Source: Microbotryum violaceum (lineage: Eukaryota). Taken from it: a stretch of DNA of 64,000 nt. This document shows, in pieces, positions 46,424 through 60,317 of this stretch; positions within the stretch are counted from its first letter, which is position 1, and each line of letters starts with the position of its first letter. Below the pieces are notes generated by a model. The model saw only the letters and a list, made by a program, of their open reading frames with translations. It had not been told where the DNA came from and ran no database searches. A program made the position numbers and the translations under genes. The stretch is taken from positions 1,922,001 to 1,986,000 of the forward strand of contig CDLV01000005.1 of the NCBI GenBank assembly GCA_001244265.2. The letters run 5' to 3'.

Positions 46424-48567
46424 CCCGTGTCCGCGCCGCTTATCCTCTCCTCGGTTCCGCACCGTCGACAGTTTATGAACGGCTTCAGCACTGCGACCCT
46501 CTGCCGAGGGTCAGTGGGTCCCCCAACATTGGAACCTCATTCACGCGATCCGTCGCACACTCAGTAGTCTCCTTCCTCAACAGGACCTTACAGCAGCCTG
46601 CTGCTTTCCAGAAACCCTCGACGCACGCATGCCTGCCACGCGCTCGACTCAGGTAAGTCTTCGGAATACGCTCGGCTTGTTGCACGACGTACTCATTATT
46701 TACTTGCTGTGCAGTAGCTCTCCGCGACCTCTCTGTACGATCCCTACCCTCTCCTGGGATGCCCTAGTTGGGCGCACCAAACTGACGCATAGCATCCTGT
46801 AAGCTGCCTTCCACGTTCCATTGTATTGGACGCCCGCGCTACGCCTTGCAAAGGGATGCTACGCTGCGCCCTGTCCTAGTTGCCGTGTTTACGTAAAAGC
46901 GATTCTTCTCTTTCTTGAGCTTTTGCAGCACGCCTTTGGCGCGCTATCAAGATCTTCTCTTTGCCACCCCACGATAAGGACAATCCGTTCCCGGTTCCGC
47001 TGAAGCGAACGACAGACAAGGTCAAGCTGGGGTACGCGTCGCTATTTGATGCAGGCCTTGCGGAGAATGTGCGCAGAGATCTTATAACCAACTTCTCTCT
47101 CGAGGAGGGAATCACCAAAAACCATCCCTCTGGGTATATCGAAGTGGGCTTTTGGACAGACGTTCATCTCGCGATCGACAACCTCGGGGAGCTTCACCCC
47201 GTCGCCGCCTATGCCTTGGCCTTGGAGGACGTTAAAAAATTCTTCCAAGCAAACCGCTTTCGTTGCTGGACGAACGACAACTACTACCGCAAGCGCGCAA
47301 CTTCAGCGGCACCTGCTCCCACGACCCTGCTATTGGGGAGCTCGAGGGCGCCTCGATCTTCACCCCGGCTACGTCGGCTGCCGATGGGGTTCTAGGGCCC
47401 CCTCAAATCGTCGCGACAGAAGGCGTTGGCGAAATCCCATCCTACCACCTAGCGCTCTCCCTTGGGGAAGGTACGGGATGGGACTTCGCCAACGCCTTTT
47501 ATCGTCACGATTTGAGGGGCAACATAAACCACAGCGGTAGACGGCGTAGCCGGAGCGATGATCGAGGGGCCTTCCCCGTTAGCGGGGTCGAGGGGAGCAA
47601 GTGCCGCTGAAGTTGCGCGCCTGCGGTAGTAGCCTTCGTTAGTCCAGTAGCGAGAGCCGTTTGCTTCTACGAAGTCTCTAACATCCTTCGAGACCAGGAA
47701 GTGCGCGACGAGGGGCGGGGTGAAACTCCCCAAGATTATCGATCGCTAGAGGAATGTCCGCCGGGATGGCACGCAGCTGTCCCAGCCAAAAGACCAGTCC
47801 GACATTCCCAGAGGCGTCGTTTTCTGGTCGATCCCGCCTCGAGAGAGAGCTTGATCACCAGATCTCTGCGCGCGTTCTCCGTAAGAACTTCGGCAGATAG
47901 CGACGCGTGCACCAGCTTCACCACGTCGATCGTTCGCTTCAGCGAATCCGGGATCGGATTGTCCTTATCGTGGGGTGGCAAAGACATGATCTTGATGGCG
48001 CGCCGAAGGCGTGCTGCAAAAGCTCAAGAGACAAAGGGATCGCTTTGGGAGACGTAGCGATCGGATATAATAAGCAGACAGGGCAAGTAGGACGGAGGCG
48101 CAGCGTAGCATACCTTTGCGAGGCGTAGCGCAGGCATACAATACAATGGAACGAGCGTCCGGGAACATTCCGCGGAAGGTAGCCTATAGGATGCTATGCG
48201 TTAGTTTGGTGCGCCCAACTAGGGCATCTCAGGAGAGGGTAGAGATCGTACAGAGAGATCGCGGAGAACTACTGCACAGCAAGTAAATAATGAGTACGTC
48301 GTGCAACAAGCCGAGCGTATTCCGAAGACTTACCTGAGTCGAGCGCGTGGCAGGCGTGCGTGCGTCGAGGGTTTCTGGAAAGCAGCAGGCTGCTGTAGGG
48401 TCCTGTTGAGGAAGGAGACGGCTGGTGCGACGGACCGCTTGGATGGGGTTCCAATGTTGGAAGACCACTGACACTCGGCAGAGGGTGGCAGTGCTGGAGC
48501 AGCGAGCTGGTTCCAGAAAGTTTCGACGGTGCGGAACCGAGGAAAGGGTAAGCGGCGCGGACGCGGG
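46424..48567. repeat. ~2.1-kb imperfect palindrome (two ~1-kb inverted arms, ~17-20 bp spacer at ~47451-47467)
   Basis: 46424 CCCGTGTCCGCGCCGCTTA pairs with 48549-48567, and 46600-46800 pairs with 48185-48395. The arms encode paralogous PPHDKDNP..LKRT ORFs on opposite strands. Confidence 0.92.
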
Positions 48568-48891
48568 AATCGCCAACGAATATGTGCCTCGATATCTACC
48601 TACCCCCACGTCATACGTCCGGTACATCTTATCGGTTAATGCGTTTATGGTTCCATTTTTTCATTAGACGTGACCTGATGATCACGCACCTGAGAACCAT
48701 CTGCGCCGGAAGACCCCTGAAATCGTGATGTAACCTCAGAGCTCAGACGGCGCGCCTCTGGATGGTGAAACACTAGTGATATGAGTGCTGTTATCTCCCA
48801 CGATCTTCTTCTCTTCTTGTTTCATAGAGTTAGGACGGACACTTCCGCTGGTTCACAATGCGGTTACAGAAGATTCCGCGGTCCTACAATG

Positions 48892-50667
48892 CTAAATCAA
48901 CAGCAAGTCCTCGCACTCTCCGGCGTGTTCGGATCCAACCGACCAATCTCGCGTCGTCTCGTCGCAGGTCCCAAAGATTCCAAAATCGTACCAGCGCTTG
49001 TTCGTCCAGCTTTTGACATCAACGGCAAAACCGTCGATGGGAATGAAGAGGCATTGACCTCGCCCAGTGTTAGCAGTCCACATGTAAGTCGTGTTGCGCC
49101 GCCTCGCTTCGATCGCGCAGGTTTCGACGGAGGTGCGAGGCCAGAAGTTGAAAGGGCTTGTGCGGGCACCGTACATGAAGGTGCCACCTATAGACATAGG
49201 TGTAGATCTCATCAGCTTCTGAAGGTTCAGTGGGCCAGAGAGGGGCCGACGGGCTAGCCCAAGTCGAGTGTGGACCCCATAGGCCGGGCCGGGATGACTT
49301 ACGACCATAGCGAGACGAGTAAGGACCTTGACAAGCAATGGTCCCGTTCATGGTACCACTGACTTTATAGCCTTTATCGCATATAAGAGAATTATTGGTG
49401 TCTTCGCAGGTTAGGGTGAAGTTGGAGCAGCATGAACTCCCTGTAAAGTGAGGCCAAGCAGCAATGTCAACCCTTCTCTGTCCTACTCCAAGGGCCGCTG
49501 TCTTAAACTTGAGTACCACTCACCATGAACGCTGACCGGACCTGTCGGACACATGACTTCTTTACATTGACCGCCACTGACATCCCCGTAACTACACGCA
49601 GTGGCTTGTCCCTGATCGTCACACGAAGTCGAGTTGGTCGGACAGTCCAGGCATGAAAGTCCTAACAGATTAACAAATCCCAAGACTCAGCGTCAAGTTA
49701 CATCCGCATAGTTCTTACCAGACTCACTATCTTTGGAAGGATATCTGGGTGGTGATCCACTGCAATCCGCGGGTTTGGGGCACCTCCCATCCGAAGGCGT
49801 TCCATACTTGCATGAGAGCGAGCCGCCAGAGTTGCACGTGATTGCATAGGGGTCAGGGCAGCAGCCGTTGCCTGTGGGAAATAACGAAATATGCATCTCC
49901 CGTCAGAGTTCCCCAGAGCTTCGCACCGCTTTGATAGCATTCCAGTCCAGTTCTGACATACCATCAGTGTTGACTGAAGAGGTGGGACACTTGATCGCGA
50001 CGCAAGCACCATTCTCAGGTACGCCATACGAGCAGGCCGTCGAGCCGCCGTTGCGATCGCATGACGTCGCGTTTTGACTCGGGCAAGGATAGCACGAGAC
50101 ATCTTCGGGAAAAAAATGATTAATATCCAAATCAGACGAAGGTAAAATGGGCAGCGAGCCAGACCAGAGTGACTGACTGTCGGGTGCAAGGTAGCGCGGT
50201 GGAGCGCCGTTGCAGTCCCACGACGTGAGACAATATCCATCCTTGGGGGCAATGCCACTCTTGCACGTGACCGCTTCAGAGGAAGTGCAAGTGATGGCAT
50301 AGGGATCTTGACAAGCGATGCAGCGTCGACCTGTCGATTGAAATAAGATGCCCGCGTGAGCTAAGGTTCTCCACATCGTCGAAGTATCTGCAAAACTCTG
50401 CTCGCACCTACCATCGGCCGACGGATATAGGCCAGCTGGGCATTGGATAATGTTCTCGTCGATGCGCATGGTTCCGGTGCAAGGGATCACTCGGGGGCTA
50501 CGCTTGATGGGGAAGTCCCGCGCGAACAGGGAGGAAGATGGGGCCTGAGGCGGGATTCGCATTGCATCGACGAAGGCGGACTGCGACACCGCCAACAGAG
50601 TCACGGCGACAGAAAGGAGGCTCGACATCGACGTTGCAGTGGCAGCACGAACCGCTGAGTTGGTCAT
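48892..50667 (-). CDS. secreted cysteine-rich protein, paralog A, multi-exon
   Basis: Signal-like MSSLLSVAVTLLAVSQSAFVDA. Repeated C..C.DPYAITC / C.PCP..NATSCD modules occur in short exons, and the product ends CEDLLLI*. Confidence 0.78.
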
Positions 50668-51497
50668 GGTGAGATATTGAATGTGAAGTGTGGGACGGGA
50701 AGAAGACCGGGAGAGGACACGGATTTCCTGGAATAGCAACACCTCTGATGTTACCTCGACGCGAGCAGAAACCTATCCTCAATGATAGCACTGCAAAAGG
50801 AGACGAATGCCTCGCAAGACCATCGCGCTTGAAGAAAACCTTCCTGATCGGGGTGCCCGATCAATACCTCTGCTTGCCTCTGCCCGCATCCGCCTAACCA
50901 CGCAGGCACCGCCCGATCGGCGCCTCTGTCCGCATCCGCCCTTCCTCACAGGCGCGACCAGAGCAATCTTCGTCTACAACCGCTCGCATCAGAAGACGAC
51001 CCAAACGACCAAGAAGTTTCGCCGCCATGTGCCTGTGATCACACACTCGCTCGCAAGGTGATCATGTACGGTTATGAGGCGTGTACGTGCAAAATCGTTC
51101 TTCTGTGTTTGACCAAGAGTTTGAGCGTGCATTCGTATGCGAGTCTTCTGCATTATCAGTCCATAGAGTACAAATTACCTTCTGCGCGTCCGAGCCTCCA
51201 TGTCTTATAAGCCCGTTCGAATCGGATTTGCCACTCTGAATGCCGTTGAAAGGTTTTCCGAGTTCGCCGACCACCGTATGCGAACATAGCTGACTTAATA
51301 TCCTAGCCATAATATGCACAGTTTCAATACTCTTATGAGTAGGTAGAGTCTCAGGGTGATACAACACAGCGCCCACAACTGGGTTGCTGATCTTCACGTG
51401 ACTTTTTACCGGACGAGGCGCCTTCCGCCTCCTATTCAGACTATATCAAACCCGCGAAAGATTCGATATATCAAAGACTGTTGACAAGCCGACTCAA

Positions 51498-53300
51498 CTA
51501 AATCATCAACAAGTCTTCGCACTCCGAAGCATGCTCTCTCCCGACTGGCCAGTTCTGCGTCGTTTCTGCACACGTCCCAAACTTTCCAAAATCGTACCAA
51601 TGCTGAGCGCCCCAATCCTCTCGCCCAACGTTGAAATCTTCAGTGTGTTAGAAGACGCATTGACCACGCCCGGTGTAAGCTGTCCACATAAAAGTCAGGT
51701 TGCGCTGATAGGCTTGGATCGCGCAGGTCTCGACCGAGGACTGAGCCAGATAGGCCACCATCCAACGGCCAGCATCGCCGTACTTGTAGGTCTCGCCTGT
51801 TTGAAGCATTCCAGAACATCAGTATATGTCTTAGTATTTGAATATGGATAGCGCACAAGCATGACGCGAAGGTTCAATAGTCTCAATGACTCACGGCCAT
51901 AGCGGGACGAGTACGGTCCCTGACAAGGTATAGTTCCGTTGACTGTGCCGTTGACTTTGTAACCGCCTTGACAGGTGAGGGAAGTGTTCGCGTTCTGGCA
52001 CGAAGTCGTGAAGTTGGTGCAGCATGATCCCCCTATCGAGCGTGAATCACATCCGTCAGCGCCGAGGTCCCCTCAGCCGAGCAAAGATCGCTCACACCTC
52101 GCCGGAACTTGAAAGGGGATGATGAGGAACTCACCATCATTGCTGACTGGTCCATTCGGGCAGATCACCTCCTTGCATTGGCCAGCAGTGAGAGCACCGT
52201 AATTGCACTTGGTCGCTTGCCCCTGATCGTCACACGAGGTCGAATTAGTTGGACAGTCGAGACACGAAAGCTCTGTCGCCGGGCCAAAAATTATTAAGAT
52301 TTAGTAATCGGTCCTTCAAGCCGGGATTGCCCTCACGGCCTTCGTCGAGGACTCACGGTCTTTGGAAGGATATCTTGCAGGTAATCCACTGCAATCTGCG
52401 GGTTTGGGGCAGTTCCCATCCGAGGGAGAACCGTACTTGCAAGACAGCGAGCCGCCCGAGTTGCACGTGATCGCATAAGGGTCCGAGCAGCACCCGTTGC
52501 CTGCGAGACGTAGAGCCATGTTGCCGCAGCGTATAAGATGCACCAATCATGAAGGGAGCATGGCTAAGAACGTCATACCGAGAGCAGACTCACCATCAGT
52601 GTTGACGGAGGAGGTGGGACACTTGACCGCTACGCAGGCGCCATTATCAGGCACACCGTAGGAGCAGCCTGTCGAGGCGCCGGTGCGATCGCAGGATGTC
52701 GCGTTCTGTCCAGGGCAAGGATAACAGGAGAGATCTTTAAAACCGCGGGAGAAATCTCAAACATTAGTATGGATAGTATCAAAAAAAAGTAATGTAGAAG
52801 AAGATTCAAAGTGACTGACTGTCGGGTGCCAGGTAACGCGGTGGAGCGCCGTTGCAGTCCCACGAAGTGAGACAATATCCATCTTTAGGGGCAATACCAC
52901 TCTTGCACGTGGTCGCTCCCGCGGATGTGCAAGTGATGGCATAAGGATCTTGACAAGCGATACAGCGCCGACCTGTAAATTGAAAGTGCATTCGGAAGTG
53001 AGCTAAGGTTCTCCACATCGTCGGAGTATCTGCAAAACTCTGCTCGCACCTACCATCGGCCGACGGGTATAGGCCAGCTGGGCATTGGATAGTGTTCTCG
53101 TCGATGCGCATGGTTCCGGTGCAAGGGATCACGCGAGGACTACGCTTGATGGGGAACCTCCGCTCCGATAGGGATGAGGATGGGTCCCGAGAAGGGATCC
53201 GCATCGCGTCGACGAAGCCGGAGTGCGACAGCGCGAGCAGCGTCACGGCGGCGGAAAGGAGGTTGGACATGGGTGACTTGAAGAAGGCTGTGTTGGTCAT
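51498..53300 (-). CDS. secreted cysteine-rich protein, paralog B, multi-exon
   Basis: Exon-by-exon similarity to paralog A (PIKRSPRVIPCTGTMRIDEN.IQCPAGLYPSADG; CQDPYAITC). It ends CEDLLMI*. Confidence 0.78.
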
Positions 53301-53895
53301 GTAGAACGTTGAGCGTAAAGTGTGGAATGGGAGGAAGAGCAAGAAAAAGTGCCAGCGACGGTAGGACATTCATAGAAGAGCTACACCTATGAGGTCACCT
53401 TAACAAGAGCAGAAGTCCGTCATCAATGATAGCACTGCAAAAGGGGACGAACGCCTCGTGAGAATGTCGCGCTTGAAAAGAACCTTCCTGATCTGGGCGC
53501 GGTCAGCGCCTCTGTCCGCATCCGCTGTTGATGGCCAAAGCCGGAGGGTCCAATTTCCGCGGGATTCGCCGCTTGTCTCGACCAGAGCCTTCGTAGATCC
53601 CTCCTTCACAGCTCCAGTTGCACGCACCTTCCTTTGTCGAGGAACTCCGACCTCGATGGGTATGCCGACTCGGAGACTGCTGATCACGTGATGCCTCCGT
53701 TTCTGCGCCGGTCAAGATTGAGTGACCCATTCCCGAGAGCCACCAAATCTCGAGCATTCTCAGATCCTAAGCCTTCAAGAAGAGAATGTTCTATTACAAG
53801 CGTCCCACAGTGGATCTGACATCCTCCTAGCAAGTCCGAACCCGAGTCACTCCGAAAGCTTTTACTGGTCGAAACTGTCTTTCGATTCTCGTCGC

Positions 53896-54559
53896 TCACA
53901 GCCTTCCCTCCTTGTGTAACTTTCTCATCGTATCGATCGAATGCTGCACCAAATCACCAATGACCTTGTTCGCCTTGTCGACGTTATCGACATCTTCCTT
54001 GGACAAAGTCGGAACCCCATTCGAGAAAGAGTAGGTCAACTGCAATTCGCCTTGAGGGTCATGCGAGACGAGGTTGATGATGTGACCGTGGGGGGCGGTC
54101 GTCATATCAAAGTAGACGATCGTGGGTTCGTATAGAGTGCATTCTTCGATCGTGGTCGGGGAGGAGGCAGAGCCAAATTTGACGTGGCGGGTGATCTGAT
54201 GAACACCTCGGACGGGACAATAGGGTCAGCGAATCTCACTTTGTGGAGGCCGTCAAGACTTAGACACACCTTGTTTCCTTCCTCCTTGACGACTTTGCAC
54301 GAACGAATCATGGGCACAAACTCCTGTTTTGTGAAGTGATGGAGAGCAGTGGACGGAGTCGGATTTACTAATCAGCTCGGAGCCCTCACAGCACACTGCA
54401 GCTCCTTTACGACCGTCGCCATCGACAGACCTGGGGTTCCCTCGTCTTGATCGTCAACGCTTTCCACACCTCTGCCTTAGTAAGACGAGGCTCAGCGCCG
54501 GGAGGGTTGATCGGACGCGTCGCCGCGAAAGAGGGGGGTGAGGTGGGGGCGGCGGACAT
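53896..54559 (-). CDS. DUF1857 / SRPBCC-like protein, multi-exon
   Basis: FAATRPINPPGAEPRLTKAEVWKALTIKTREPQ/EFVPMIRSCKVVKEEG...IINLVSHDPQGELQLTYSF...SIDTMRKLHKEGRL. Confidence 0.78.
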
Positions 54560-55037
54560 GGTGAGTATGGTGCTGATGACGGTATTGGTGGACTTGGAAG
54601 TTTCAGAACGAGAGTTGTTCAAGTGGATGTAATGTAGGAGTGTAAGGGGAGGAGAGTGGGCGAAGCTGTTCGTGTTGTACTTTTGAAAGGGTCAGGACGT
54701 TGTAAGCACTGAGGGATGTTCCTTCCCACTGCAGTGATGGTCAGTCATACAATCGCGGGGCGAAGGGTTGCGCGTCGGGATGCACCGTCGCTACTGGTCC
54801 TTCGAATCTCGAAGGCGCCAGAAATCTTCTCGCCCCGAACCCCGAGTTGCGGCTTAGTTACCACAACAGAGACCGAGGAAGGTTCAAGAAGGCTGATGTG
54901 AGCCCGGATTCCGAGAATGCCAAAGCAAAAGCCAGCTTCCGGTGCTTCGCGACAAATTTTCAGTGGATCGTGCATTGCAAAGTGCAGAATTACAAATGTG
55001 ACATATTCTCGCGACAGGGGGAGGGATGTTTAAAAGA

Positions 55038-56957
55038 TCAGTTTTGCGCATAGAAGTGCGCCATAATTTTGAGAGTCGCGTCCTCGAGTACATTAAAGAG
55101 CGGATGTGCCATTCTCTGTGAAGAGCGTCGCATGATGATGAAATGTCAGCTTGCGCCTCCTATTTGCTCGGATGATCTTCACAGAACGTCACTCACCAAC
55201 TCATTATCCTTTTCCCCAACCACCACAGCCTTCACCCCAGCCTTCCACCCCAAACTCCGACTCCAACATTCCCTCATCCTCTTTTGCGCATCCTCGTCAC
55301 TTTCCTCTCCATCCTTGATCATCTCGACTTGCCGCTTCTCCCCATTCTCTTCTTGATCCAGATCGATAATCTTGCTCGTCTCCGCCGTCGCAGGGAAGGG
55401 CGAAATGAATGCTTCTCTCCGTTCCTCGATCGATTTCCACGAATGTCGATATCGGTGTTGTGCCGAGGACAGGCCGGAGAGATTGTAGCAAGTGTGGTAG
55501 CCGTCTGAGGGCTTCCCAGGCTTGTCGCGAAGACCGCCTGTCGGTGCTTGAGCGCAGTAGAGAACATATTCTTGGAGAGCCTCTGCATAACAATGAGGTC
55601 AAGTCCCCGTCAGTACTGAAAGAAAAGGACACAATTCTCCACCACTATCTAAGAGGAAACTCACGTCGATCAAATAAATCCCTCCTCTCCACCTCCGCGC
55701 CCTCCTCAGCCTCAGCCTCATCCAACAAGCCATCAATCACGCCAAACAAGCCCCCATTCCACCAACTATAACACCCATCGACCAACTTGTTGGACCTCCC
55801 CCTGAATCCTCCTCCCTCGATCGGCATCGCCTGCATGCTCGTCGCCCATCGGATTAGAGCGTCCAGGTCCAATTCGCGCTGCTTTCCGCTCGAGGTGATA
55901 TAGGTTGGGGATTTGGGATCGGTATAGGGTCTAAGCATGGCGTAGGATGCGGCGGCACAGAATGCATAGCCGCCATGGGCTTCACCCAAGGGAGGGTGCG
56001 AAGAAGGTGAAGAGAATTGTTGCTCTGCCGAAGAGGACGAAGCGAATGCGTGGGAGGAAGACGCGAGTCCACCTTCGTACGTCTGACATGAAGCGATAAA
56101 GGATGAAGTGTTGTGTGCAAGTGACGGGGTGAAGATGTTGAGGAGTGTGGCGACCGTGAGAGCGCAATAACATCCTCTGTGTAATCGACGGGTGGTTTGT
56201 CAGTCGGGCGAAAATGAATGAATGGAAGGCTTGAGACCTACCGAACATCGGCTTCTCCTCCTTGATGCATGATGAATGATCCATCAGGCTGTTTTACGCT
56301 CAATAAGAAACGATGCATGCCCTCCCTATCGACACCCAAGAGTACGCGTTCAGCCAAAAGGAAGACCCTCGCCTCTATACTCCGGATATAGCACTCACCG
56401 ATCGATGATATCCCAGCCTATCTGACCGCAGTACGCGAGCGCACAAACAGCTGCATACGACGGTGCCAAATGACTGATCTGACCTGGTCCACCCCCGAAC
56501 CCACCGTCCTGATTTTGACAGGCCTTGAGCGTATCGACGATCCGTTGAAGCGCTGCTTGATCGAGCTCTGCATCCAACAAAGCAAGCGAATGCAACGTCC
56601 AATACAACAACCAAGGTCTCGAAGCATCCAGAGCGACGAACGGCGCGGGAAGAGGGTGGGACAGCATGCCGGTGAGGTAGTTGAAGTGGGAGGAACGATC
56701 GAGTGTCGCGGGGAGGAAGCTGGTCATTTGTTTGGTCAGGAGCGTCGAGATGGTGTGTTCGACTTGGAGTTGCGCATCGAGTGTGTCTGAATCGAGGATC
56801 CCATCGGTTGGAGTCGCGATCCAGGGATGGGTGAGGACTGTACCGCGGAATAGGAGCGTCGAGTCGTGATCCGGGGGTGTGGGGGTGAAGTCCAGATCAG
56901 CCTCCGCCTGAGTTTGGGTGCTTGCGAAGCAAGATAGCACTCACCTGAGGTAGCCAT
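55038..56957 (-). CDS. RAM1: protein farnesyltransferase beta subunit, multi-exon
   Basis: LDASRPWLLYWTLHSL, GGFGGGPGQISHLAPSYA, GEAHGGYAFC, GGFRGRSNKLVDGCYSWW, GGLRDKPGKPSDGYHTCYNLSGLS. Confidence 0.93.
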
Positions 56958-57549
56958 GGTGCTCTGAAATGGGAGTGCAAGTGGTGAACGAGGAAAAGTG
57001 ATGAGAGACGAAAGAAAGCTGCGTAGGTCCGTCACGATCGGCTCGAAAAGGCGCGGTGCGACAAAGCTCCGGTCGGAAGAAAGGGACGTGGCGCTCCTCT
57101 TTCGGTCACGCTGCCGCCGTTGGCCTGGCTCGTCGGACAAAGGACTCGGAACTTAGATTTCGCTTTTGACTTTGCATCCGGAATCAGAGTTTAACGCCGG
57201 GTTCAAGCTAAATTTTAGCGGGCCAGCTTGAAAAGACATGTCAAATTATCGCGGATAGGAGTACATTCTCTCGTGCGACGTCGCAAGCCGGAGCGGTGAG
57301 CTGCGGTGGGGCAGTCCGAGCCACGCCTCGAAGCAGTCGCGGCTCGGAGTGTTCCTTCGCCGGTAAAGGAGGCGAAATCACTCAAGACCCATCCAGGGCG
57401 TTCTGTTTGTAAGCGAATAAATGTACAGTCGTTCCTCAATCTTCTGAAAACTCCTGAAGTTCTCGTCCCTCCCATCATGAACCTGGCACGTGACCGCTCC
57501 GCCCCCGTCCGTCCTTGCTTGCTGCTACTCTTCGACCAACCCGTCTCGA

Positions 57550-57965
57550 TCAAATGTTGACGCCAAGAGCGCAGAAGGCAAAGACGAGTCCAAAACCACC
57601 CAGTATGGACGCGACGAGGGCCGTTGCGATTTCAGTCGTAGGGATCTTGCTCGGTCTCAGTCTGCCGGGATGATGTCGACGTGTCATCGGGGCCAGGTTC
57701 GAAGAGGAGAGCTCGTGTGATGTCAGCGTGGGTGCGATTGTGTTAGAGTGCGAATGGGACTCACGTTGAAAAATAGAAGGAAGAAACGAAGGCAATTGAG
57801 AGCAGGACGATGGCCAACGGTTGAGCGGCCGAGGGCGAGATCAAGGGCGAGAACGGCGTCGACGAGGCGTGCTCGCGCTGCAGAGAGGAAGGCACATACG
57901 TTACATACGAAAGAGACAATACATTCGAGCGAGAGACTGACCTGGAGACCAGCGTAGGAAGACAT
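57550..57965 (-). CDS. OST5: oligosaccharyltransferase small subunit Ost5/TMEM258-like (3 exons)
   Basis: The spliced product reads MSSYAGLQ/REHASSTPFSPLISPSAAQPLAIVLLSIAFVSSFYFST/LRPSKIPTTEIATALVASILGGFGLVFAFCALGVNI*, with two TM helices and a family-typical C-terminus. Confidence 0.8.
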
Positions 57966-58114
57966 GGCGAGAGGGAGTCACGTGGGTCGGGTTGGACGGC
58001 GTGTGGGCCGAACCGAGCGAGAGAGCGACAGGCGAGCCCAAATCGGCGCACACGGCCAGCACGGCCTAGCACGGCTTGGCTTGTGAACTCACACTGCGAC
58101 GACGCCCTTGTATC

Positions 58115-59294
58115 ATGTCGGTGACCTCGGGTGCGCCGACTCACCCTACTCAAGTGCAACTAGAAACAACCCTCAGAGTAAGCACCACCAGCCCCTCTCT
58201 TTCGGAATCAGCATCACCGCACGCTGCTGAGCCCCTGTCGTCCTGTTCGCAGTCAACACTACACGCGCTCTCGTTGATCCTCTCGTTCTATTCATCGGTC
58301 CAACAACTCGGGGTCCTCAACCACACCCCACATGCACCACGCCAGCTGACGAACCAGCTCAAGCTCGAGGCGGCAAAGTACGATCAGATTTGTGGACAGC
58401 TCGAAGCGACCATCGTCAGTACAGCCCAGCGTGGGTGTCCAGCTCGACTCTCCTTCAAATACTAAGATCTCGGTTAGCTTTCGTCTGTAGCTCCGAGCGA
58501 TCGCGACGCTGGAGCGGGACGCACTCAAAGCCGCCCAAACCGGTCAACTCGTGCTACCCCCTCCACCACAACCGACCGGCGATGCTCCGTCAGCAGGGGA
58601 TTCTGCATCCGGCTCGAATACAGGCGAAACAGCTGTGATAGATCTCACGACAGGGGATGCATCGATCTCGGGGACTGATACCAACATGACCGACGTAGGC
58701 TTCCTTGACCTCACTGGAGACGCCTCGACGACCAGTGCCGCCGAAACAGCCTTTGCCCTTCCCGCTGGAACCGACTCCCAAACTACAGCAGCGACAACCA
58801 GCGGCGAACAACCCTCCACAGCTCTCTCCCTCCTGGGTCTCTCCGTCCCCCCGATTGAAAGCTCGACCGTCGAACTGGCCGACCCGCAAGACCTCTCCGC
58901 TTTACTGGGGAGCATCGTCACCGACGCCTCGTTCCCGTCCACCACCTTCTCAGCCGACGCAACCCTTCTCCCCTTTTCCGGTGCTGACCTGTCCTCTACG
59001 AGCGCACCAGCGGATCTCGATCTCAATGCGATGTTAACAATGCTTTCGGGGGCGAACGCAGCCACCACGTCAGGTGCGGGGGGTGAAACCGACCTCGTTC
59101 TTCCGGCGTTCGATCCGAGTACATTGAATCTGACGACGACGGCAACGACAGCGCAGACGACGACGACGGCCGAAACGGAGGGACAGGGTGCACAGGGAAT
59201 GGAAGTCGATTTGGACAGCTTGGATTTCAGCAATATGGACCCGGGTAGGTTGGAGGAGCTGTTACAAAGTTTGGGCGCGGGGGAACCGGCGTGA
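58115..59294 (+). CDS. hypothetical protein, possibly Mediator tail subunit Med2/Med29-like
   Basis: A spliced N-terminal helical region with KYDQICGQLEATI/LRAIATLE is followed by a low-complexity S/T/D-rich tail. The family assignment is only a weak motif resemblance. Confidence 0.5.
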
Positions 59295-60317
59295 TGGGTT
59301 TGGGAAGGGAATTTTGAGGGAGTGATCTTTGCGGTGGGCAACGTGTTGTAAGATTATTGAGGCGAGCTCTGATGGATCTGTTGGGCTTCGGAAGTGGTGC
59401 AGTGACTGAGACCGGGTGAATGGACGAATAAAAGCGCTCCAAACGCAATTGACTTTCAGGCGTCAAGTGCTGTCCGAGTCAAGGCGCTCGCCCACGTGTG
59501 GCCACACACCGCAAAGTCCGACTTGCCTGAAAAGACCTATGGAACAGCGAGGCCGGACCATCCAAGACAGAAAAGGCAATACCTGTTCGGCTTAGCACGG
59601 CGTGCCGTGACTTTTGCCGCCTGAGGCGGTGCTCGCCGAAGTAGGAGAAAGGGGCTAACGCCAGAAATTGGTCCCCTCGCCTCGCTCGAGCACATCCCAC
59701 CGTTCGTGATTCGAGGTCGTCCGCTAAACCGTTCACGTCAGTTTGACGAAGGCTCTCCGTTCTGGTTCTCACGTTTTCCTTGTAGCTTCCCCTTCCTTCT
59801 CATGAGAAAACAATTTTTTTGATTCAGTGACATGCGCGCGCGGGCCTAAAGATTCGCTACTGGGTTTTTGGTAACGTGGGGTTAATCCCGCATGCCTGTT
59901 CAATTTCCCAAACAAATTGTGCCTTTTTCCGACGGAAGTCAATTCACCTCCGCTGATGACCATAATCGGACCCACACTCACAAGTGCCGCGCCGTTAACC
60001 GCGGCGCCGATGCAAAGGCGGGGAAGGGTGCAGCCGCGCCCCGGGAGATCTGTTACGGTTCGCCGCGAGCTACCGGTCCCACCAGCAGTTATTCGGTTCG
60101 TTTTCCTGTCACCCGTATGTGAACTTACCTCTGGCACCGAGACAGCGCTTGCCAAATCCGCCACTTTATCTACGAGATGGGTAGAAAAACTTCGGACTGG
60201 CTCCGTTTTCTCTTTTGCTCCTCCTTTCCCCTTGTCACAGCCTCTCGACGTTTCCCCAGCTACTGAAGTTATATTCGGGCAGTCTTTAATCCAAGTCAGA
60301 TCATCTCACAACGCAGA

